From NCBI GenBank assembly GCA_051942245.1, contig JAVECL010000145.1, forward strand, positions 1 through 44,213: DNA of 44,213 bases, given 5' to 3'. Source of the DNA: Trypethelium eluteriae. Its lineage: Eukaryota. The position numbers and the translations under genes are program-made. Below, piece after piece: positions 36,310-44,213 of this stretch; positions within the stretch are counted from its first letter, which is position 1, and the number at the start of each line of letters is the position of its first letter. A model generated the notes under the pieces. The model was not told the origin of the DNA. It searched no databases and saw nothing but the letters and a program-made list of their open reading frames with translations.

Positions 36310-38622
36310 TCAGCAGTCCTCGTCGTCCCAAAAATCTTCCGTATCAGCCCAGCCACAGTCCCATCTCTGCCCATGGAGTTCTCCGCCTCGCCGTAATTCT
36401 CGCGCTTTGCTACCCTCTCTCCAGCAGCGTGCCACGTAATCATCGCCAACCGACACCAAATCTCCGTCAGCAGTCCATGTCAGACTAGTCACCTCCTTCT
36501 GGTGACCTCGGATGAGTGCAGTACCTTTTTGATGGATTGGCACATTGTCGTTTGGTCTTCCAAAGATACTAGTGGCGCTTGCCCCTCTCCCCAGTCTCGG
36601 ATGGCTCGGTAGGGCTGGGCTGATATTGTCATAATCGTTTCCTCTCTCGGAGTCCTGCGCCCGAATCTCTTCCGTTGGGAATAATATTGCACAGCCATCG
36701 CTGCTGCCAACAGCTAGTACCTCGCTCCTGTCGTTCTTTGCAGCTCGCAGAGATGATTTTATATAGAAAGTCGTTGCGAGCAACTTGGGATGCCTGAAGC
36801 CGTATATGGGACCCAATCCCTCCTTGCTCTCTACTCTGGCCCTGGCTTTCCGCTTTGAAGCATGACAGTACTCTGGCGCTGAGCCCAAGATGAGGTGATT
36901 CGTAGAATAAGCATATACCGTACTGTCTCGACATAAGGCGTAAAAACGAGCACCATCCCCACTCAAAGATAAAGAATTGATGCCAAATGGGCGATGCCGA
37001 ATATGGCTCTCCGGCTCTTTGGTGACAGAAATCGGCAAGATTGGACGGTGTCTGGACTTTGGCTGCAACCGAATATCCCATAATTTGACAACAGCATTTG
37101 CTTCACTTGCCGTCATCAACAAATGTTCACGGCCTACAGGAAGGAAGGAGAGGGCAGTGATGGAAACGTCCCCAACGCGACTAGGGGATTCTCCCTTTAG
37201 CGAGGCAGATCTAGCCGACGTTAATTTTGTGTGGAACACTAGGAGTATCACATTACCTTGTGTTGCCGCGAACGTTCTCAGCTCCCTGACTAGGTGTTAG
37301 GGGTTGCCGAACAGCATGAGCACCTGGGATAGATCTCAACAAAGCCGCATTATGAATCAAGACATCATCTTGGCTTCCTGAAGATATCTGAGATTCGAAC
37401 GATGTACGCAGATTGACCTGGGACGAGGTGCGGTCGCGACACCGAGTATCCCATAGACGTATGCTACCATCACGGCCAGATGTAGCCACAATGCGATCTT
37501 GCCCTGGTTGAAAAGCCACCTGTTTGACGGAGGATGAATGGCCGGGCATGGTATATATTGTTTGCTGAGTTTGCATGTCAATCACTGTTGAAGTTTGGTC
37601 GCCAGATCCTACAACAAGTCGTAGATCGTCTGGTGAAAAGGCAAGGTCCATAATTGCGTTTGCATGCGGTCGAAACGTGACATGGGCTCGCGAGAATCCT
37701 TCATGGCAGTCCTTGGCCGAGTCAATCAGCCGGATAGAGCCTTCCTCATCTCCGAATGCGACGAGGGAATTCGCTGTGTCATAATTAGCAGCCAATCAGG
37801 GTGAGGAGGACGAGTTGATCAGAGATATTCAAGATTAAGTGTAGACATACTATTACAACTTTTGGTGCAAAACGGGAGAGCAGGGCTAGCAAAGCGATAG
37901 CGGTCGCTTGGGGTGCTATAGAAATCTTGCGTATGATATTGCCAATCTGAAGAATTAGCCAATTTCGAGATCAATTTCGTGGTAATCTTACCAGTACAAT
38001 GCTCCTGCCGGCTACCTCTTCCCACGCAATCGTGGCCCCCGAAGTTTCGTTGCAGATCCTGCGCAACAACGCCAGTATTCCTAACACGCTTCACAGGCTC
38101 AGGACATGGCTGTATATTGAGTGGACTTGGAAGTGAGTAGTCATCCTCGATACTTTCCCGGGGCGAAAGGACGTCCGAACTATAAAGGATGGGAGGCAAG
38201 GCATCTGAGGACTGGTGACACGGTGAAGAGCGTGGCGGCGAACTGTCGAGTGGAGGTGGTGATGTTCGTCTCCGTTTGTGAGACGTCAATCTCTGTGTAG
38301 AGCCTGATGCAACTTGCGACGGTTTGATGTCTTCAAATAAAGCTCGCTTGCCTGAGGAGCTTGATCTAGCGGTCCCAGCGCCGTTGATCGCATCTCGTGT
38401 GATATCCCGCAACTGTCTACCCGAGCGACTAAGTCTTCCTGAAGATTTATGTGAAGCAACTGATGATCGAGGGGTGAAGAAGCGGGTGAAACGTTTCGGA
38501 GTTATGTTCGGAGGTTTGCGAGCTTTTCTGCTACCATTACTGGAGGGAAGACGTAGTGGGGAGGAGCGAGGCTGCTCTGGAGAAAAAATTGATGGACCCG
38601 TGCTTCTGATTGGAGAAGACAT
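36310..38622 (-). CDS. cdt2: WD40-repeat protein Cdt2/DTL (CRL4 substrate receptor), ~714 aa, 4 exons
   Basis: Exons 38622-37992, 37946-37851, 37773-37257, 37210-36310. ITPKRFTRFFTP, TNSLVAFGDEEG, PHANAIMDL, GSGDQT, GHSSSVKQV, SGRDGSIRLWDTR, TFYIKSS, GHQKEVTSLTW, VGDDYVARCW. Confidence 0.87.
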
Positions 38623-38718
38623 TGCGCGTCTCGCAATGCAGTGAGCTTGTTTAATCGGACATACAAACAGACAATTCTATCTGGACTCAGTCAAGCATTT
38701 GCGAGCGAGTCGGAGTTA

Positions 38719-38811
38719 GACGCGTCGTCGCGTAAAGTGTTAAAACGATGGTCCAAGCTCCGTGAGTGCGGCACCACCGACACCGACTGGTGCGACCTCC
38801 GACAAAAATTT
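38719..38811. promoter_or_regulatory. Compact bidirectional promoter: MCB sites (cdt2 side) and RRPE-like motif (RRP5 side)
   Basis: ACGCGT 38720-38725, TCGCGT 38728-38733, AAAAATTT 38804-38811 in the 294-bp gap between divergent ATGs. Confidence 0.5.
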
Positions 38812-38916
38812 CCATCCTCCGCCCCGCCAAACTTTCGGCAACTTCCATTCGGAGTTCAATTCGGACCACCACCTAAGGCGTGGGTCGGCACGGAAATATC
38901 GAAACCTGCAGACAGC

Positions 38917-41900
38917 ATGGCTCCGACCAAACGTCGTGCTGATGCTGACAAGTCTCAACGCGCGAACAATGGTCCCAGGCCTAAGAAAGCCCGGAAAGAA
39001 GATGCACCTTCGCAGCCCAAACCAAAAAAATCCAAGCCAGCTCAGAATGACCAGAAGGCAGAGGATGGATCAGGAAAGCAGCCACGACCATCCTTGCTAA
39101 GTAGCGAAGAAGCAAGTTTTCCCCGTGGGGGTGCCAGTGTCTTGACGCCTCTGGAGCACAAGCAGATCAAGATTGACGCTGAGCGGGACGTGCTGTTCGA
39201 GAACAGACCACCCAAGGGCCAGGTCGAAGATGACAACACCTCTGATAGAGAAAACATAGGGACGGAGGCTCAGGGCGAAATCAAGCAAAAACAGAGATCA
39301 AAGAAAAGGAAGCGCTCGCACTTGTCGGTAACGGCGCCTGAGGTCGCTCCCGAGGATAATGTCAAGATTGAAAGCCTTAGCTTCCGGAAGCTTATCCCAG
39401 GCTCTGTTGTGCTTGGACAGGTGGCCCAAATTACTCCTCGCGATATTGCCTTGACGCTGCCGAACAATCTTACTGGTTATATACCTTTGACCTCGGTCTC
39501 TGATACACTTAATCAGCGTATCGAAACCATTCTCGCCCGATCAGACGAGGACGACCTAGAGGGAGCAAATGAAGACGATGACATTAACCTGCGAGAAATA
39601 TTTCGAAATGGACAATATCTTCGTGCTTGTGTGGTGTCAAATTCAGATGAGCAGTCGGTTCAGGGTCTTGCCAAATCAAAACGACGAATTGAGCTCACTC
39701 TCAACCCACGTCAAACCAACGTCGAAGTCCAGGCATCAGATGTAACTATAGGCAGTACGATTCAAGCCGCCGTTGTCAGCATTGAGGATCGAGGCTTCAT
39801 CATGGATCTTGGTCTTAAGAATAATTCCCTAAGAGGCTTTGTTCCCGTTTTTGAACTCGATCCAAGCCTAGACCCGTCGAAGGTCAAGGAGGGAATGGTA
39901 TGGCTATGCTTAGTCACGGGATTGAGTTCCAATAAGAAGACGCTCCAACTCTCTGCCAATCAAAGCCGGATAGGGAACATCCGAAAATCGAATTTTGTGT
40001 CCGACATGCCAAAATTAGACAATTTGCTGCCGGGAACAGCTGTGCAGATGCCTGTGACTAGTGCGACTGCAACGGGAATGTGCGGCAAGATTGCAGGACT
40101 CGTTGATGCCACTGCGGACTGGGTTCATTCTGGCGCAGGAACCAGTCCGGATGAGGAGGCCAAATTGGCAAAAGTTGGATCCAAGATAAAGGCACGGATA
40201 ATCTGCACCTTTGCAGATGGAGAAAACAAGGTTCTTGTGTCGCTGCTTGAGCACGTTCTCTCTTTGTCGCAGTCAGTGGCGAAAACGGGCGATGTTGTCC
40301 GACCACCGTTAGACATCTTGGATGTTTCAGCTATTGTCGAGACGGCTACGGTCGTAAAAGTCATTGCGAAGCAGGGTCTTGTTCTTGGTCTTGGTAATGG
40401 TCTCTATGGGTTGGCTCACATTTCCAGGCTCTCTGATGACAGAGTGGACACCTTATCGCAGACAACAGGTCTATACAAACTTGGTTCCAGTCATCGCGCT
40501 AGAGTACTAGGCTACAACTCTATGGATGCCCAATACATTCTATCACTCGAACAGAAAATCATCGAGCAGCCATTCCTCCGCCTTGAAGATATCCGAGTAG
40601 GACAAGTCGTGCAGGGTACCGTGGAAAGGCTTATCATCAACGCTAATGGTATTGGAGGTCTACTTGTGAACCTGGCAGATGGAATCACAGCTCTAGTGCC
40701 CGAATTGCATCTTGCCGACGTCAAACTAAAGCACCCCGAGAGAAAATTCAAAGAAGGCATGCGCCTGTCAGCGCGTGTGTTATCAATCGACTTGGACAAG
40801 CGGTCCATCAGACTGACCCTCAAGAAAACACTTATAAATTCTGGTCATATCTGGGCCGATTACACGGATGTGTCCATAGGTTCTCAATCATCCGGCACAT
40901 TGCTTAGTCTCTCGGAAAGCGGTGCGATTGTTCAGTTTTTTGGGAAGGTGCGCGGCTTCTTGCCCATATCAGAGATGAGCGAGGCATACATCAAAAATCC
41001 CTCGGATCATTTCCACGTGGGTCAGACTGTTCACGTCAACGTGAGGTCAGTAGATTCTGAAAACAATAGGATGACTGTCTCTTGCAGAGATCCGTCTACC
41101 GTAAATGCTGAGGAAGATGTCGATGACGATGAAGCTGCATCAGGTACTCTTGTGGATGGGACAGTGACTGAAATAACGGACCTTCACATCACCGTGCAGC
41201 TTGTTGGCAGCGGCCGACCTGGTATTCTCAAACTTGGGCATCTAAATGATGGTACGGAAGAGAGAGATAGGTTAGCACTGAAAAGGATTAAGACTGGGCA
41301 GAAGCTGCAGGAATTGCTTGCTTTAGACAAAAGCAGCAAGCGCAAGCTAGTACTTCTATCTAAGAAGCCTTCACTGCTGAAAGCAGCCAGAGCTAGCCGA
41401 TTGCTCTCGTCATTCCAAGACGTCCAGCCAAACCAACTTGTGGAAGGGTTCGTGCGAAATATCACATCCGATGGCGTCTTTGTTGAATTCGCCGGGGGAC
41501 TCGTCGGGCTGCTACCAAAAAAGCAACTGACGGATGAAATGCAGAAAATACCTGAGTTTGGTTTTCGCACCGATCAGTCAATCAAGGCCTGGATTCACCG
41601 TATTGATCATCAACAGGAGCGTTTCACTCTCTCGATGAAAGAGGGCGAGCAACTTAAGGATGATCCCCAAAAAGTTGATAAAAACAAAGAGAGCGCTGCT
41701 GTAGGCGAGGTGATGAATCCCGTTGATGGACACTCAACATCAATGGCTGATTTCAAGCTTGGATACCGAACTCAGGCTCGAATAACTTCCATCAAGGAGA
41801 CCCAGTTGAACGTACAACTTGCCGACAAGGTTCATGGCCGTGTGGACATTTCCGAAATCTTTGACAAATGGGAAGATATCGAAGATAAGAAAAAACCGCT

Positions 41901-44213
41901 TGCGCGTTTCAAGAGGCACGAGAGTATTGCGGTCAAGATCATTGGTCTCCACAACTCAAGGACGCACAGATTTCTGCCAATATCGCATCGTCAGGGAAGC
42001 AACCCCGTCTTTGAATTGACAGCAAAAGCGGCAAGCTTGGTCTCAGATGACGCCGATGTCTTGACACTAGACAAACTCACTGTGGGATCGTCTGTTATCG
42101 CCTTCGTCAATAATACAACAAACACGCATGTTTGGACGACAGTATCGCCTAACGTTCATGGCCGAATCGAAGCGTTGGACCTCTCTGACGATGTATCGAT
42201 GTTAAAAGATCTCGCGCGGAATTTTCCCGCCGGTACTGCACTCATGACCCATGTCAAAAGCATTGATCTACCTAGCAGTCGCTTAGACTTGGTCGCGACC
42301 CGCAATAGAAATGGAGCAGGTTTGACTATCAGCGATATTTCTGAGGGCATGATCCTTGCAGGCCAAGTCGCCAAGGCCTCAGAAAGCGCCCTCGTTGTGC
42401 GGCTCAGCACTTCTGTTGTCGGGACTGTTGGCTTAACACAGCTGGCTGATGATTATTCTCAAGCTAATCTCTCAGGATACAACAAAAATGAAATCATCCG
42501 TGTTTGCGTTCTTGGAGTTGATTCAATCAACCAGAAAGTCACTCTCTCGACAAGACCGTCAAAGGTACTCAGCTCGTCGTTGCCAGTGACAGACCCTCAC
42601 ATTTCTGCCGTCTCCCAACTTAAAGTCAATGACATTGTCCGCGGTTTTGTCAAGCACATCTCCGACAAGGGGGTATTCGTGAGGCTGAGTCCGAACGTCA
42701 CGGCCTTTGTGCGCCTTGCCGATCTCTCGGATGCTTTTCTGAAAGAGTGGAAGACCGCTTTCAAAATTGACGAACTGGTCCGAGGCAAGGTCACGGCTAT
42801 TGACGAGGCTTTGAACTATGTCCAAATGAGCTTGAAGGCGTCCATGCTCGATGAAAATTACGTGGCGCCTCTGACCTTTGACGATTTGCAATCTGGCCAA
42901 ATCATCAATGGCAAAATCCGGAAGGTCGAGGACTTTGGTGCATTCATTGTGGTCGACAATTCTCGTAATGTCAGCGGGCTGTGTCATCGCAGCGAAGTGG
43001 CTGAAGACAGGGTATCAGACGTGAGGACTCTATATGAAGAAGGCGACAAAGTCAAGGCTATTGTGCTCAAAGTGGATCCAGAGAAGCGACGCATCAATTT
43101 TGGATTGAAAGCTTCGTACTTCCAAGACAGCAATGTAGTGGAGGACATGCCAGATCTGACCGATGGGGAGGACTCTGGGAGTGAAAGTGGCGTCCGACTT
43201 GAGGGTGCTAGCAAAGCTGGCAGTCCTGGTCCAGAGCTTGACATGGCTGAGGTGAATAAGGGCGACGAGAGCGACGAAGAGGATTTAGAAGACGAAAATG
43301 CAGTGGACGTCGATAATGAGGATCTTGAAGATGAAGACATGCACGCAAAGGAGGCAACCGAAGGTTTATCTACGAGCGGTTTTAATTGGGATGGGACCGC
43401 AGCAGATGACCTAGCTTTCGGTCAAGATGACACTTTCTTAGGACATGATGATGATGGTAAAGCGGATCTACACCGGAAGCGCAAAGCCCCTGGCCCTGGT
43501 GTCGACCGAACAGGAGATCTTGACAGCTATGGTCCCCAGTCCGCCGACGATTTCGAGAGACAACTCCTGGGCCAGCCAAACTCATCTGCACTCTGGATCC
43601 AGTACATGGCACATTACTTACAGCTCGGCGAAGCCAGCACCGCCCGTGAGATCGGCGAGCGCGCCCTCAAAACCATCCACCAGCGGGAAGAAGAAGAAAA
43701 AGCCAACGTCTGGATCGCCCTCCTCAACCTCGAAAACACCTACGGCGACGACGCAACCCTCGACGCCGTCTTCAAACGCGCCTGCCAGTACGCCGACAGC
43801 CAGACGATGCACGAGCGCCTCGCAAGCATCTACATCGACTCCGGCAAGCACCAGCCCGCCGACGACCTCTTCCAAATCATGACGCGCATCAAGGCCTTCT
43901 CCGCCAACCCGGCCCTCTGGCTCAACTACGCCACCTTCCTCATGACCACCCTCCATGAGCCCGCCCGCGCCCGCGCCTTACTCTCGCGCGCCGCCCAGTC
44001 CGTCCCGGAGCACCTCCACCGCCACCTCACGACGCGGTTTGCGGCGCTCGAGTTCACGTCGCCGGCGGGGGAGCCGGAGCGGGGGCGGACTATCTTCGAA
44101 GGCCTCGTCTCGACGTTTCCCAAGCGGGGGGATCTGTGGGATCAGTTTGTCGATCTCGAGATGAGGCACGGCGATGTGGCGAATGTGAGGGGGCTGTTTG
44201 AGCGGATGACGAG
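38917..44213 (+). CDS. RRP5: rRNA biogenesis protein Rrp5 (S1 repeats plus C-terminal HAT/TPR); 3' end beyond the window
   Basis: ATG 38917, FPRGGASVLTPLEHKQI, several S1-like repeats (e.g. GKIRKVEDFGAFIVV), PQSADDFERQLLGQPNSSALWIQYMA, REEEEKANVWIALLNLE, ERGRTIFEGL. Missing from the ORF track because no stop occurs before the edge. Confidence 0.96.
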   Translation, partial: MAPTKRRADADKSQRANNGPRPKKARKEDAPSQPKPKKSKPAQNDQKAEDGSGKQPRPSLLSSEEASFPRGGASVLTPLEHKQIKIDAERDVLFENRPPKGQVEDDNTSDRENIGTEAQGEIKQKQRSKKRKRSHLSVTAPEVAPEDNVKIESLSFRKLIPGSVVLGQVAQITPRDIALTLPNNLTGYIPLTSVSDTLNQRIETILARSDEDDLEGANEDDDINLREIFRNGQYLRACVVSNSDEQSVQGLAKSKRRIELTLNPRQTNVEVQASDVTIGSTIQAAVVSIEDRGFIMDLGLKNNSLRGFVPVFELDPSLDPSKVKEGMVWLCLVTGLSSNKKTLQLSANQSRIGNIRKSNFVSDMPKLDNLLPGTAVQMPVTSATATGMCGKIAGLVDATADWVHSGAGTSPDEEAKLAKVGSKIKARIICTFADGENKVLVSLLEHVLSLSQSVAKTGDVVRPPLDILDVSAIVETATVVKVIAKQGLVLGLGNGLYGLAHISRLSDDRVDTLSQTTGLYKLGSSHRARVLGYNSMDAQYILSLEQKIIEQPFLRLEDIRVGQVVQGTVERLIINANGIGGLLVNLADGITALVPELHLADVKLKHPERKFKEGMRLSARVLSIDLDKRSIRLTLKKTLINSGHIWADYTDVSIGSQSSGTLLSLSESGAIVQFFGKVRGFLPISEMSEAYIKNPSDHFHVGQTVHVNVRSVDSENNRMTVSCRDPSTVNAEEDVDDDEAASGTLVDGTVTEITDLHITVQLVGSGRPGILKLGHLNDGTEERDRLALKRIKTGQKLQELLALDKSSKRKLVLLSKKPSLLKAARASRLLSSFQDVQPNQLVEGFVRNITSDGVFVEFAGGLVGLLPKKQLTDEMQKIPEFGFRTDQSIKAWIHRIDHQQERFTLSMKEGEQLKDDPQKVDKNKESAAVGEVMNPVDGHSTSMADFKLGYRTQARITSIKETQLNVQLADKVHGRVDISEIFDKWEDIEDKKKPLARFKRHESIAVKIIGLHNSRTHRFLPISHRQGSNPVFELTAKAASLVSDDADVLTLDKLTVGSSVIAFVNNTTNTHVWTTVSPNVHGRIEALDLSDDVSMLKDLARNFPAGTALMTHVKSIDLPSSRLDLVATRNRNGAGLTISDISEGMILAGQVAKASESALVVRLSTSVVGTVGLTQLADDYSQANLSGYNKNEIIRVCVLGVDSINQKVTLSTRPSKVLSSSLPVTDPHISAVSQLKVNDIVRGFVKHISDKGVFVRLSPNVTAFVRLADLSDAFLKEWKTAFKIDELVRGKVTAIDEALNYVQMSLKASMLDENYVAPLTFDDLQSGQIINGKIRKVEDFGAFIVVDNSRNVSGLCHRSEVAEDRVSDVRTLYEEGDKVKAIVLKVDPEKRRINFGLKASYFQDSNVVEDMPDLTDGEDSGSESGVRLEGASKAGSPGPELDMAEVNKGDESDEEDLEDENAVDVDNEDLEDEDMHAKEATEGLSTSGFNWDGTAADDLAFGQDDTFLGHDDDGKADLHRKRKAPGPGVDRTGDLDSYGPQSADDFERQLLGQPNSSALWIQYMAHYLQLGEASTAREIGERALKTIHQREEEEKANVWIALLNLENTYGDDATLDAVFKRACQYADSQTMHERLASIYIDSGKHQPADDLFQIMTRIKAFSANPALWLNYATFLMTTLHEPARARALLSRAAQSVPEHLHRHLTTRFAALEFTSPAGEPERGRTIFEGLVSTFPKRGDLWDQFVDLEMRHGDVANVRGLFERMT

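Noticed and set aside
1..44213. tRNA, rRNA or autonomous transposon genes
   Set aside because: None recognised by eye; a tRNAscan-SE/Infernal/RepeatMasker run would be needed to exclude them.

Overview
Gene-dense, intron-containing DNA from a filamentous ascomycete (Pezizomycotina; possibly Dothideomycetes, but the class cannot be fixed from this window). GT-AG introns with CTRAC-type branch sites let me assemble 18 gene models by hand: TRAP-alpha/Irc22-like, CCCH zinc-finger protein, aprataxin-like HNT3, UBA/RWD DEAH helicase, Ubc6/UBE2J-type E2, GT90 glycosyltransferase, Pfa3 palmitoyltransferase, a pheromone candidate, cyanase, a small lipidated orphan, C2H2 protein, rhomboid, SPT small subunit, DNA pol delta, Ybp1-like, small secreted protein, Cdt2 and Rrp5 (runs off the right edge). 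The best find is a 78-aa gene (18105..17869, minus strand) made of six 11-aa repeats, each carrying a CaaX box and ending in CTVM-stop. It has a 5'UTR intron and HMG-box-like promoter sites and sits head-to-head with cyanase, so it is a strong candidate multi-repeat a-factor-type lipopeptide pheromone precursor. Also notable: a 132-bp exonic tandem duplication with an in-frame TAG that a new intron could remove, a ~220-bp foldback element, a presequence-like extension on cyanase, and repeated C-rich-to-G-rich skew flips in gene 3' ends. Family assignments rest on motif recognition, not database searches.
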